The notes beneath the pieces are model-generated. The model had not been told where the DNA came from and ran no database searches. It was given only the letters and a program-made list of their open reading frames with translations. A program made the position numbers and the translations under genes. A stretch of 64,000 nucleotides of DNA from an uncultured Planctomycetota bacterium (lineage in GTDB: Bacteria > Planctomycetota > Planctomycetia > Isosphaerales > Isosphaeraceae): contig CAWJTV010000012.1 in NCBI GenBank assembly GCA_963845755.1, positions 64,001-128,000 of the forward strand, in the 5' to 3' direction. Positions 21,076 through 31,856 of this stretch are shown here, piece by piece; position 1 is the first letter of the stretch, and each line of letters opens with the position of its first letter.

Positions 21076-21980
21076 GAGCGCTCGGAAAAAATGAATCCAC
21101 TGGCACGCTGTCTGCTCTTGAGTCCTTCGGAGAGTGATCTCCCGAACCGAAGGAGGACCACCATGAAACCCCTTGTCTCCGATGCGCTGTGGAAGCGCCT
21201 GGAGCCCTTGCTGCCACCCCCGCCTCCGCGCCGCTTCCGCTTCCCGGGACGCAAACCCCTGGACTACCGCAAGATCCTCACCGGCATCTTGTTCGTGCTC
21301 AAGACCGGCATCGCCTGGGACGACTTGCCCGCCGACCTCGGCTGCGGCTGCGGCAAGACCTGCCGGTCCTACCTGCAGGCGTGGCAGCAGGCCGGTGTCT
21401 GGCGCCAGTTGCACGCCGTCTTGCTGGCCGAGCTCAACGGCGCTGACGCGATCGACTGGGAGCGGGCGCTGATCGACGCCTCCTTCGCCAAGGCCCCGGA
21501 AGGGGGCGAGGATACCGGCCCGAATCCGACGGACCGGAGCAAATCCGGCAGCAAGCACCACGTGATGACCGACGCCCAAGGCGTGCCGCTGGCGGCGACG
21601 GTGACCGCCGCCAACGTCCCCGAGATCACCCAGGTCTTCACGACGCTCGACGACATGCCGCCGGTGGGCGGCAAGCCGGGGCCGAAGCGGCAGAAGCCCG
21701 ACCGCTTGCAGGGGGATCGGGGCTACGACTCGGAACCGGTGCGGCAGGGTTTGCGCAGGCCGGGGGACCACGCCGGTGCTGGCGGCCCGCAATACGGAGC
21801 ACGGCAGCGGTTTGGGCAAGTCCCGCTGGTACGTAGAGCGGACCATCGCGTGGCTGCACTCCTTCGGCCGGCTGCGCCGCCGTTTGGATCGGCTCACCGA
21901 GATTCAAGACGCGTTCCTCAAGTTAGCATGTTCCTTGATCTGTTTGAGGCTCCTGGGCCAGTGAACTGATTTTTTCGACA
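21076..21980 (+). mobile_element. IS5-family insertion sequence (right end imperfect, approximate)
   Basis: Left end TA|GAGCGCTCGGAAAAAA; TTTTTTCG after the transposase stop. Confidence 0.75.
21163..21964 (+). CDS. IS5-family DDE transposase; frameshift near 21760
   Basis: GILFVLKTGIAWDDLP, IDAS, GPNPTDRSKSGSKHH, GDRGYDS, RWYVERTIAWL. Confidence 0.92.
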
Positions 21981-22916
21981 AGGAAGGAAACCCCGGTTGA
22001 ACTCGAACCCGAAGACATTCACGCGCTCGGCCGCTCCGGCGGCGAGCCTCCGGTCTCGCAATTGCTCAACCGCCTTCTTGCTCAATGCGCGGCCGTAGAA
22101 TTCGGCGGAGATCCAACCCGATTGATCCACCGCGACGGACAGGCCGGCCAGGCGCCCGACATCCCAGAACAACCAGGTGATCCCGCGTGTGGTCATGGCA
22201 AGGGCGATTACAAGGGCGACCAGGATTATGGTCAGTCGGAGCGATCTGGGACCCTCCGTCAGCCTTGCCTTCTCATCAAGCGGCACCGATCTCAGGGCGC
22301 GGTGGGCCAGCCCTCCCGTGATCACGCCCGAGACCAGTCCGATGAATAGAGAGATGAGCAGGATCTGGAACCGGCGCCGCTCGGTCAGGAACAGGCCGGC
22401 GAATACGGCTGGCCAACCGAACAACGAGACGGCGAGTAGAGTCTGAGTGAGAATCGGTTTCGCGAAATGGCCACCCTGGATCAGAAGGACCTGTGACAAG
22501 GCGAAGGCGATCAACGGTAGGATCACCGCAAGGACGAAGGCGATCACGGGAAGAGCCGCATGCCAGCCGACCCTGGACCCGATCCAACAGGCCAACGCCG
22601 AGGCGACGATGAGACCGATGATGTGCCAGATCCGGAACTGCATCGCAATCGCCTCGAGTTCGCCGAAGACCGGTACGAGCCTTCGGCCGGGAGGGCATCG
22701 TTCCCATGATACACGGACTCGCGGGTTTCCTCGCGTTTTCCGGCTGTCCTCGCGCGGCGTTCAACCGATGGAGCGAACGCGCTCACGGTCCGCGCGATCT
22801 CGCGGCGATGGCGGCAGCTCTCGCGTCCCCGGGGTCGGCCTCTTCACGTCGGGATCCTGATGAGATAGTCTGGGGTCGTTGTCTGGGGTTGGCTTGCGGG
22901 ATGGAGGACGATCGCG

Positions 22917-23690
22917 ATGGGCAGCGTTTTGGACCGATTCCGGATCGACGGCAAGGTGGCGCTGGTGACCGGGGGCTCACGAGGGTTGGGACGCGTGATC
23001 GGCGAGGCACTGGCCAGCGCGGGGGCTTCCGTCACCGTGTCGGCCCGCCAGGCCGACGGAGCCCGGCAGGCGGCCGACGAGATTGCCAGTAAGACCGGAC
23101 GGAAGACCCTGGGCATTGCGGCGGATGTCTCGAACGCGGATCATGTCGAGGGGATGGTCGCGCGTGTGATCGAAACGTTCGGGCGCATCGATATCCTGGT
23201 CAACAATGCGGGGATCAATATCCGAAACCCGATCGAGCAGCTCAGTGAGGCGGACTGGGATACCGTGATCGACATCAATCTCAAGGGACCATGGCTGTGC
23301 TGCCGCGCAGTGGCCGCCCCGATGAAGCGTCAGAAGTGGGGACGGGTGATCAACGTCTCGAGCATGCTCGGCGAGATCTCGATGCCTGGGCGGTCTCCCT
23401 ACGCATCCAGCAAAGGGGGCCTGACGCTCTTGACCAAGACGCTGGCCCTCGAGTGGGCCCGAGATGGCATCAATGTCAACGCCCTCTGCCCGGGTCCGTT
23501 CGCCACCGAGATCAATACGCCTCTCCTGAATGACCCGGCCGCCCGCGCCCAGATGGAGGCCAACGTGCCATTGGCTCGTTGGGGCGACCCGGCCGAGCTG
23601 GGGCCGGCGGCGGTCTTTCTGGCGTCCGAGGCCTCGAGCTTCATGACCGGCGCAACCCTCTTCATTGATGGCGGTTACACGGCTCGGTGA
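22917..23690 (+). CDS. short-chain dehydrogenase/reductase
   Basis: TGGSRGLG, NNAG, YASSK. Confidence 0.93.
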   Translation: MGSVLDRFRIDGKVALVTGGSRGLGRVIGEALASAGASVTVSARQADGARQAADEIASKTGRKTLGIAADVSNADHVEGMVARVIETFGRIDILVNNAGINIRNPIEQLSEADWDTVIDINLKGPWLCCRAVAAPMKRQKWGRVINVSSMLGEISMPGRSPYASSKGGLTLLTKTLALEWARDGINVNALCPGPFATEINTPLLNDPAARAQMEANVPLARWGDPAELGPAAVFLASEASSFMTGATLFIDGGYTAR

Positions 23691-23779
23691 CGATTGTGAA
23701 CCCGTCCGTTCCTCAGGTGTCTAGCCCCTCGGTGGCAGGACTTGACGAGAAAGCGGACCGAAGATGGTATTCGGGCTTC

Positions 23780-23840
23780 GTCGGGTGGGTGAAACCCACC
23801 AGGATCGGGCTCCTTCATTGGTGGGTTTCACCCACCCTAC
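23780..23840. repeat. GTAG-class REP doublet
   Basis: gtcgggtgggtgaaacccacc ... ggtgggtttcacccaccctac (rc begins GTAGGGTGGGTGAAACCCACC). Confidence 0.85.
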
Positions 23841-23907
23841 GGGGTTCTCGGATCGTCTCCAGGCCGACCTCAGTCTTCGGGAGACCTTACACGTGCAAGA
23901 CCCTGCA

Positions 23908-25096
23908 ATGTTGGTGATCCCTCGCGGCTTCCGTGCAGCCGGCGTCAAGGCCGGGATCAAGCCGTCGGGCGGCCTCGACCTGGCGATCCTCGCGGCGGAT
24001 CGTCCCTGCGCATCGGCCGGAATGTTCACGACCAATCAAGTTTGTGCCGCTCCGGTGAGGTGGTGCCGGCAGCTCCTGCCCTCCAACGACATCCTCGCCT
24101 TGGTCGTGAATGCCGGGAACGCCAACGCGGCAACCGGCGCCGAGGGCCTTGCCAATGCCGGGCGGACCGCTTCCAAGGCGTCGGCGCTCCTGGGTTGCCG
24201 GCCCGAGCAGGTCCTGGTCGCCTCGACCGGAGTCATCGGCCACCAGCTTCCCATGGACCGGCTGGAAGCCGGCCTGGAACAGGCGACCGCCGGCCTCTCG
24301 ACGGATCCCGAGTCGTTCCGGACCGCAGCCCATTCGATCATAACCACCGACACCCGCCCGAAGATCGTCTGGGAGCGCCGAACGATCGACGGCCGAGAGG
24401 TCCGGCTGCTGGGAATGGCCAAGGGGGCCGCGATGATCGGTCCTCGCATGGCCACCATGCTTGCATTTCTCATGACCGATGCACCGCTCTGGGCCAACAC
24501 GCTTCAAGACATCCTCACCGACGCAGTCGACTCCTCTTTCAATTGTTTGACGGTCGAAGGACACGCCAGCACGAACGACACGGTCCTCTTGATGTCCAGC
24601 ACGGCTGCAGACGAGCCGATCCTTCAGGGCGAGGATGTCCTGGCGTTCACCGAGATGGTCCGCGTGGCCTGCGAATCGCTCGCCCAGCAGATCGCCGATG
24701 ACGGCGAGGGCTCAACCCACTTCATCACCATCGATGTCTCGGGATGTGAGAGCACAGCCGATGCGCCGCGCGATCGCCCGGGCCGTGGCCGAAAGCCCAC
24801 TGGTGAAGACCGCCATTCACGGCGCCGATCCGAACTGGGGCCGGATCGTCTCGGCCGCGGGGTATGCCGGTGTGACGTTTCCGGAGGAAGCTCTCTCGCT
24901 CTGGATCAATGGGGTCGCCGTGTATCAGGCCGGCGTGCCGGTCCCATTCGACGCCGAGGGTCTATCCCGTTCCTTGAAGAGTCGCCGCGCGGTGGACCTC
25001 CGGCTCGCGCTCAGATCGGGGGAGGCATCGGCCCGCTTCTGGACCTGCGACCTGACCGCCGAGTACGTGCGACTGAACGCCGACTACACGACATGA
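23908..25096 (+). CDS. argJ: ornithine acetyltransferase/N-acetylglutamate synthase ArgJ; frameshift near 24765
   Basis: NAGNANAATG, ASTGVIG, AKGAAMIGPRMATML, STNDT, DGEG, SPLVKTAIHGADPNWGR, WTCDLTAEYVRLNADYTT. Confidence 0.95.
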
Positions 25097-25230
25097 TGGC
25101 GGAGATTCTCGCTCGATCCTCACTCCCGCCCCTTTTTGCATTCTGGTCGCGCAATCTCCTGCCGGATCGGATAAAATCGTTTCGCGCGCCCCCCTGATCG
25201 GTCGAAGAGCGGCCGTGGCGGCAGGACTCC

Positions 25231-25342
25231 CCTAACGCGGCCTTCGGCCGCAACCCCATCGGGATTCCCGATTCGAGATTCCGGATTCCCGAAGGGGAAT
25301 GATCCGGAAATCCGGAATCTCGAATCCGGAATTCGGAATCCC
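25231..25342. repeat. short palindrome plus inverted heptamer (GATTCCG-type) tandem repeats
   Basis: cctaacgcggccttcggccgcaacc; GATTCCC GATTCGA GATTCCG GATTCCC ... CGGAATC TCGAATC CGGAATT CGGAATC. Confidence 0.75.
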
Positions 25343-25480
25343 CAGATGCGCAGGGCGCAGGGATCGCTACGGAGGACGACTCTAATAATTCGATCTCCTT
25401 GAACGAACGATGGTGTAGAGGATGGGGAGAGTGCATTCTCGTTCGACATCCACTTACAGGCGGTCCCGGGAACGAAGGCG

Positions 25481-26420
25481 ATGAACAAGTCGATCAAGAC
25501 CCTGGCGATGCTGGGTAGCGGACTGGTCCTGCTGAGCGTCTCAGTAGTGATCGTGAACCAGACCGTTCAAGTGGTGCAACTGGCCAAGGAAGTCCATCCG
25601 GTCTTCGGGACCGTAACGCTGTGGGGCCTCTTGCTTTCCTACGCGGCACTGGTCGGGGTCCCGATCGTGATGATCGTTCGGATGCCGCGTCCCCTCTCGC
25701 CGCCAGTGAACGAGTCGGGGCCGGAATTCGAGAGCCACATCGCGGAATTGGGCAAGCGCCTGGCTTCGAACCCGCAGGTCCGGCTGGCATCGATCCAGCC
25801 GATCGATCGCCGGGGAGTCGACGACGCACTGCGACTGCTCGACGAGGATGCGACGCGGGTCGTCCAGGCAGATGGCCTCGACGGTCTTCCTCACCACGGC
25901 CGTTTCCCAGAGCGGCCGGCTCGACGTGCTTCTGGTCCTGATGGCTCAGTCGCGCATGATCTGGCGGATCGCCCACCTCTATTACCAGCGTCCGTCGTTG
26001 CGCGAGCTGATGCATCTGTATTCGAATGTGGCCGCGACGGCGTTCGTGGCCGGGGAGCTCGACGACCTGGAATTGCATCAGATGATCCAGCCGGTGGCGG
26101 CGGGATCCTTGGGCGCCGTGACCGGCGCGATCCCCGGTTTCCAGGTCATGACGACGATCATGGTCAACTCGCTCCTGAGCGGCAGCGCGAATGCATTCCT
26201 GACGTTGCGGGTCGGGCTGATCGCCAAGGGTTACTGCGGGTCGCTGGTCGCCCAGCCGCGGGCCAAGCTGCGCCGATCCGCCACGACGGAAGCGGCCCGC
26301 CTCCTCACGGGAATCGTCAAGGAGAGCGGTGCGCGTGTTCGGGACGCGATCTGGAGAGATATCAAGCAAAAGCTCCCGCGTCCCTGGCCGCTGCGCAAGG
26401 GTGAGCCCGAGCCCGTGTGA
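25481..26420 (+). CDS. YcjF/DUF697-like membrane protein; frameshift near 25865
   Basis: Two N-terminal TMs; STVFLTTAVSQSGRLD, YYQRPS, GSANAFLTLRVG. Confidence 0.75.
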
Positions 26421-26756
26421 ACGAATCCGCGGCCCTCGTCCCGGACGACGATCGCAGTCCGCGCCGCCGGTTACAAAACACCCGGTCGGCGAATCGGCCT
26501 CGATCGCATCGGTGGGGAATCCGTTGCAATCTTCCGCGGATTTCGCGGAATTCGCTCTAGGAACGAGTCACATGAGCTGATTATACTGGGGGATGGTTGG
26601 AAATCGAACGAGTGCGTGTCGTAGATCCGTGCGGAACCTGATCGCTTGCCTCTCTCGCCTTTCCACCCACCGGGCCGTCACCCCGGCCCTTCGGAAGCGA
26701 CCCAGAGACTGACAGTGATCGCTGGGTCGCGAGGCTTTGGTCTGAGGAGATTGATA

Positions 26757-27128
26757 GTGGGTAAGAAACTGTATGTCGGAAACCTCGCCTATCGGGTGAG
26801 CAGTTCCGACCTGGAGCAGATGTTTTCGCAGTATGGCAGCGTGGAAAGCGCGGAGGTCATCTCCGACCGCGACACGGGCAGGAGCAAAGGCTTCGGATTT
26901 GTCGAGATGAGCTCCGACAACGAAGCACGGGCAGCGATCGACGCCCTTCATGATCAGGAGCAGGATGGTCGTCGCCTGACAGTCAATGAGGCCAGGCCCC
27001 GTGAGCCCCGGCCGGGGCGGCGGGGGAGGCGGTGGTGGTGGCGTGGCGGTGGTGGCGGCGGAGGAGGTGGAGGCGGAGGAGGCGGTCGAGGTGGTCGTAG
27101 CGGCGGGTATGACAGCCGTCGCTATTGA
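26757..27128 (+). CDS. RRM RNA-binding protein with Gly-rich tail
   Basis: KKLYVGNL (RNP2), RSKGFGFVEM (RNP1), LTVNEARPRE; GAGGAG RBS before GTG. Confidence 0.93.
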   Translation: MGKKLYVGNLAYRVSSSDLEQMFSQYGSVESAEVISDRDTGRSKGFGFVEMSSDNEARAAIDALHDQEQDGRRLTVNEARPREPRPGRRGRRWWWRGGGGGGGGGGGGGGRGGRSGGYDSRRY

Positions 27129-27201
27129 TCGCACACTCTGACCCTCGACTCCCATCAGCATTGGCTTCGCGATTCGTGGTTGCCATCCTGATCCAAACGA
27201 A

Positions 27202-27233
27202 GACCGCCGTGTGTCACTCGATGCATGGCGGTC
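27202..27233 (+). terminator. hairpin downstream of the RRM gene
   Basis: GACCGCCGTGTGTC-ACTC-GATGCATGGCGGTC, 14-bp stem; no strong U-tract. Confidence 0.45.
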
Positions 27234-27516
27234 CCCTATCCTTCCCACACGTCTCTCCCAATTCTTTCGTTCAGCCCGTACAACCTCATGCGCGCCTTTC
27301 GAAGCCAGACCAGCGCGCGCTACACGCTCGGGTTGCAGACGAGTCGTGTGTTTAGTGCTCTGAGAGCACCGATTCCCGCGCCCGGGGCAATCGGGTGCTC
27401 ACAGATCGTCCAGGGGCTGACGTCCCTGTCTACATGCGGTCGCCCCGCCAGGGCTTTGTTGAACAAATCAGGGAGTTCCGATCCGGAGTCGAAGCCCTCT
27501 CGGAGCTGGGGACGGA

Positions 27517-27976
27517 TCACTCGGTCTTGTTCTTGGCGATGGCCAGGGGACGGAGCACCGCGAGCATGGTGTTGAGATGGGCCAATCGAGGCCCGAACCG
27601 GTTAACGAAGTCGCTGAGCGAGAAATCGCCTTCCATCAGGTTCTCATGGTTGTCTTCCACGTAAATGGCCAGCTCGCCCATCAACGAGGCATGAACCTGT
27701 TCGAGCCGGCCGAGTGTATCTCGGCAGGATTCCAGGACATGCTCGTGGCCCGCCTGCCAGCGCCTCCAACTCCGCTCCCTGGCGGGCACGCTGTTCGCGG
27801 TTGACCTGGAGCAATTCGCGGGAAATCTCGAGCTGCTGACGCTGGAACTCGAGTTGCTGACGTTGAATCTCGAGCGTCTGATTCTGGAGGTTCGCCAGAA
27901 GATGCAGGAGCAGGATCGGATCGTTCGGATTGGCGATGCTTGCGGCGGGATTCTGGCCGGTCGGGGAAACCTCCAT
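27517..27976 (-). CDS. conserved helical hypothetical protein; frameshift near 27770
   Basis: Gln-rich coiled coil, then GDFSLSDFVNRFGPRLAHLN in the second frame. Confidence 0.7.
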
Positions 27977-28239
27977 GCGATAAGTCCAGGCTGCCGAGGC
28001 CGATGAGGGGTTTTCGCGCGATGACACTCGAGCCTCCTCCGCTTGTTCCTTGGGATTTCGCGACGGATTCCCCCGGTCAGGTGGAACCAGGAGTCGGCTC
28101 CGGCGCAACATGATTGGGTTATTCTACGCCACAACACCCTGCCCGGATAGGCCAGTGGCCGGTGCTTTGTCGAAGCATCCGCTTCCCGCGGGCGTCGAGA
28201 CCTCGGGAGCGTCTCGACTCTCTGGATTGGACACAAGAA

Positions 28240-29129
28240 TCATGTGACGAGATCCGGATCGGGCATCCAATGCACGAATGCGTCGGGAAGGGCGTCAACG
28301 ATGTCGCCTGCAATCATCCCCACCTCGCCGTGGTGGTCGCGTGCGATGTCTCCGGCCAGCCCGTGAATGAAGACACCCAACTGAGCCGCCTCGAACGCCG
28401 GGAGCTTCTGAGCCACGAGCGCGGCGATGACTCCCGTCAGGACGTCGCCGGTGCCGCCGGTGGCCATTCCGGGGTTCCCCGTGGCGTTGACACCGTATCG
28501 GCGGCCGTCGGTGACGACCGTACCGGCCCCCTTGAGCACAACGACGAGGGGCCCGGAAATCGCCGCCATCGCCGCGGCGTGCTGGACGCGGTCCGACTGC
28601 ACTTCCAAACGTCCTTGCCGCAAAGCCGGGCGAACTCGCCCGGATGGGGTGTCAGGATGACCGGACGCTCCAATCCCTCCAGGAGCTCCAGTTGGCCTGA
28701 CAGGGCATTGAGCCCATCGGCGTCGATCACGAGAGGGCGGTCGGTCTCGGTGATCAGGAATCGAACGAGATGTCGGATTCCGTCCGACTGGCCGAGCCCG
28801 GGTCCAATCGCCACGACGCTGGCCGGCGCAATCAGGCCCTCGAGCATGGGCCGGGCCCGACTCAGGTCGATCAACCCGTCCTCGTCGCAGGGAAGCGGAT
28901 AGGTCATATAGCATGGCTCGAAACTCGCGACGACCGGCTGGACTTCGGCCGACGTGGCGACGCGGACCAGCCCGGCACCCGATCGGAGCGCGGCGGCACC
29001 GCAGAGCGCGGCGGCACCACCCATACCACGGCCGCCGGCCACGACCAGCACCGTGCCGTAGCGTCCCTTGTGGCTGTCTCGCGGTCGGGGCGGCAGGCTC
29101 GGGACCCGATCGACCAATTCCAGCGCCAT
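28240..29129 (-). CDS. nnrD: ADP-dependent NAD(P)H-hydrate dehydratase; indels near 28570-28610
   Basis: DSHKGRYG, GAGLV, IGPGLG, VIDADGLN, LTPHPGEF, ATGGTGDVLTG. Confidence 0.92.
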
Positions 29130-29291
29130 GATGCACCTCACTCGGACGGGCCATGGGTCCCGGCTATGTCCGGGGTCTTCATCTCGCCATCTTCCGTCAA
29201 CGTTCGTTTGATCGGTTGGACGCCCAACTTGTGGCGGAATACGACCGGCTAAGCCGGGACTCCGACCCGTCGATCCCCGACCCACGCGCCC

Positions 29292-30116
29292 CTACTCCGC
29301 CGGACTCGCCTGATCCGGCTGGACCACGGGATCACCCGCTGTCCCCGTCTCACGCGCCTGACCCATTCGCCTGGCGATCAAACCGGCGATATGACCGCCA
29401 TTGAAGCCGGCGTCGATGTTGACGACCACAACGTTCGATGCACAGCTATTGAGCATTCCGAGCAGGGCGGCAACCCCGTGGAAATGGGCGCCGTAACCGA
29501 TGCTCGTGGGTACGGCGATGACCGGGCAGCCGACCAGACCTCCGACGACGCTCGGGAGCGCCCCTTCCATGCCGGCGACGACCACGAGTGCATCGGCGTT
29601 TTCGAGCTGGGGAAGCTGATGGAGGAGACGGTGCAATCCCGCGACCCCGACATCCGCGATCAGCTTGACCTCGCAGTTCCACGCCTCGGCGGTGACCTGC
29701 GCCTCCTCGGCCACGGGCAGATCGCTGGTCCCCGCCGTCACGATCACCACGCGGCCGAGCTTCTCCGCCTGTTGCTCCGGTCCCACGATCCGGAACGTCC
29801 GGGCCACCGCGTTATGCTCGCCGTCGGGAAAGGCGGTGCGGAGATGCGCGGCCACCTGAGGATCGACCCGCGTGACCAGTCCGCCCTGATCGTGTGCGAA
29901 AAGCGTCCGGAGGATGGACTCGATCTGAGCGGCCGTCTTCCCCTGGCCGAAAATCACCTCGGGGAATCCGCAGCGCAGCCGACGGTGCAGGTCCACCTTG
30001 GCGAAGCCGCCGGCGTCCTGAAAAGGCTGGACGCGAACCCGGTGTGCGGCCTCGTTGACCGTGAGGCGACCCTCTCGCACGGCCTCGAGGAGTTGCCTGA
30101 GCTGGTGAGAATCCAT
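29292..30116 (-). CDS. larB: nickel pincer cofactor biosynthesis protein LarB (AIR carboxylase-like)
   Basis: DLHRRLRCGFPEVIFGQGK, TAGTSD, DVGVAGLHRL, AGMEGALPSV, PTSIGYG, VVNIDAGF. Confidence 0.92.
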   Translation of the reverse strand: MDSHQLRQLLEAVREGRLTVNEAAHRVRVQPFQDAGGFAKVDLHRRLRCGFPEVIFGQGKTAAQIESILRTLFAHDQGGLVTRVDPQVAAHLRTAFPDGEHNAVARTFRIVGPEQQAEKLGRVVIVTAGTSDLPVAEEAQVTAEAWNCEVKLIADVGVAGLHRLLHQLPQLENADALVVVAGMEGALPSVVGGLVGCPVIAVPTSIGYGAHFHGVAALLGMLNSCASNVVVVNIDAGFNGGHIAGLIARRMGQARETGTAGDPVVQPDQASPAE

Positions 30117-30479
30117 CGAAGCGACCTCAGGGCCTGGGGACGGGCTGCCTCGCGCTGGGCTGAATGCCTCCGGACCCCACTCCGTTGTAACCGCCGGAAT
30201 CCGGGTTCGCAACCGGCGGCCCCATTCTGGCCCCGGGAACAAAAGGTCCATCCCTCCCGACCGCGACATCCCGGAGACTCGCCGCGCGGCGTGCCCTGAT
30301 CGCGTCACGGCGAAGGCCCGAGCCGGATTGAGCTATCGCATCGGCGATCGCGTATGGTAACCTTGTCGTTCGAGACTCGAGCGGATCGGGCTCCTCTCCG
30401 GACGGATGCAAACTCGGGCGGAACCTCGCGCGTCACCGTGTCGGACGGGCTCACTGCCAGCCAGGATCGAGGATGCCGC

Positions 30480-31445
30480 ATGTCGGCCAGCCCATCAAGA
30501 GTTCGAGCGGTCCGCAATCCCGCCGGCGCGCCCGTACCGATCGCCGGGCCTCCCGACTGCCCTGCCGTCGTGAAGGAACCGACCGCCGAGGAACTCCTCG
30601 GCGCCGTACCTTGGTGGACGCCCGAGTCGATCAAGGGCTGGGCAGGATCGGTATCACTCCACGCCGTCCTCCTGCTGATCCTCTGGTTCTGGGTCTCCGC
30701 GGCGCGGAGCGACGGCCCGATCGCGTTCGATTCGCGCCTCGCGGGGTCGCCTAACGGTGTACCCGACGTCAACTCCCTCACCGGCGGACTCAATACGCCA
30801 CTCCCCATCCCGATGGCTCCCCCCGACCAGAGCGACCTCCCTCTCCTCACGGCCCCATTGACTCAGATGGACTCCATCCCGATCGAGGCCGACCTGAGGT
30901 TCAGTGCGAACAAGACTCCCAGCGCCGGCGGCGGCGACCCGAACGAAAACCCGGGTGCTGGCGACGGTGATGGATTTGGACTCGCCCGATTCGGCGAGGG
31001 CGGCGAGTTGATCCACGGCGTCACGGTCAAGGTCGGCGATCCGCAATTCACCCTGATCTGGAACACCGATGGGGTCGACCTGGATCTTCATGTCATCGAA
31101 CCGGGCGGCAAGGAGATCTTCTGGGAAGATCCCAAGGGTCTTCGAGGCGGTGAGCTGGATGTGGACAATACCAAGGGGTTCGGCCCGGAGAACGTCTACT
31201 GGCTCGTCGAGTCCGACGGTCCCGGCTCCGAGAAGGTCAAGGGACCTGGCCCTCCCGGCGTTTACAAATGGTATGTCGTCTACTGGGGAGGCTTTGGCGG
31301 TGTCGCCAGGCCGACTCACTGGCAAGTCCGCGTCAAGCACGCAGGCCAGGTGAACGTCTACCATGGCAAGTTCAAGTCGCTGGACGAGCATAGCAAGGTC
31401 CACACACTCAAAGTCGACCCACCCGGCACCAAACTCATCCCCTGA
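30480..31445 (+). CDS. membrane-anchored protein with YfaP/DUF2135-like domain
   Basis: SVSLHAVLLLILW TM; FTLIWNTDGVDLDLHVIEPGG, GELDVDNTKGFGPENV. Confidence 0.75.
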   Translation: MSASPSRVRAVRNPAGAPVPIAGPPDCPAVVKEPTAEELLGAVPWWTPESIKGWAGSVSLHAVLLLILWFWVSAARSDGPIAFDSRLAGSPNGVPDVNSLTGGLNTPLPIPMAPPDQSDLPLLTAPLTQMDSIPIEADLRFSANKTPSAGGGDPNENPGAGDGDGFGLARFGEGGELIHGVTVKVGDPQFTLIWNTDGVDLDLHVIEPGGKEIFWEDPKGLRGGELDVDNTKGFGPENVYWLVESDGPGSEKVKGPGPPGVYKWYVVYWGGFGGVARPTHWQVRVKHAGQVNVYHGKFKSLDEHSKVHTLKVDPPGTKLIP

Positions 31446-31772
31446 ACCAGGCATGCGGCATCGCCCCCTCAAGAAGGGTCTCCTCGGCGAGTCCAGACTG
31501 CTCCTGCGAGGCCTCTGCTCTCAAGCCGGAAACCTTTCGAGCATCGGCGCTTCGGCACGACAAGCCACCATCCGCTCGCGGCTTCACGACCGGATACCGC
31601 CCATCGATCCAAGATTGGGAAGCATTCCGAGAATAACAGTCAGACGCCGGGAGTCGAACGCCGGCACTCCCGCGGGCTTGACGTCCGTCATCGCGAATGG
31701 CTGGCGGGGCGGGACTGGATCTTCGGATCCGGGGGAAGAGTCGCCGGCTCGACTCGACCCGACATAGTGAGT

Positions 31773-31790
31773 TTGTTATGATTTTCACAA
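31773..31790. promoter_or_regulatory. putative Rex operator
   Basis: TTGTTAT-GATT-TTCACAA vs consensus TTGTGAA-N4-TTCACAA, 67 nt before the exporter operon. Confidence 0.55.
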
Positions 31791-31856
31791 AGGTAACGCC
31801 TGCCGGCGATCAAGCCGGCCCACCCGGCGACGTCCTGTCTATTCGATGAGGTTCTG

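Larger units (their letters stand above)
20856..22643 (-). pseudogene. membrane LRR-type protein interrupted by an IS5 element
   Basis: N-terminal TM part (MQFRIWHIIG..., 22643 to about 21980); C-terminal LRR part (LELLDVRETRITVDGVRRLRAALPHCEIRH, 21075-20856). Confidence 0.7.

Noticed and set aside
21750..21780. Programmed frameshift in the IS5 transposase
   Set aside because: No clear slippery A-run at the shift; indistinguishable from the many indel errors elsewhere.
29130..29294. larB TAG is in frame with the downstream nnrD ORF (possible read-through fusion)
   Set aside because: nnrD has its own GAGG RBS and ATG; a stop-free 54-codon spacer is unremarkable at this GC content.
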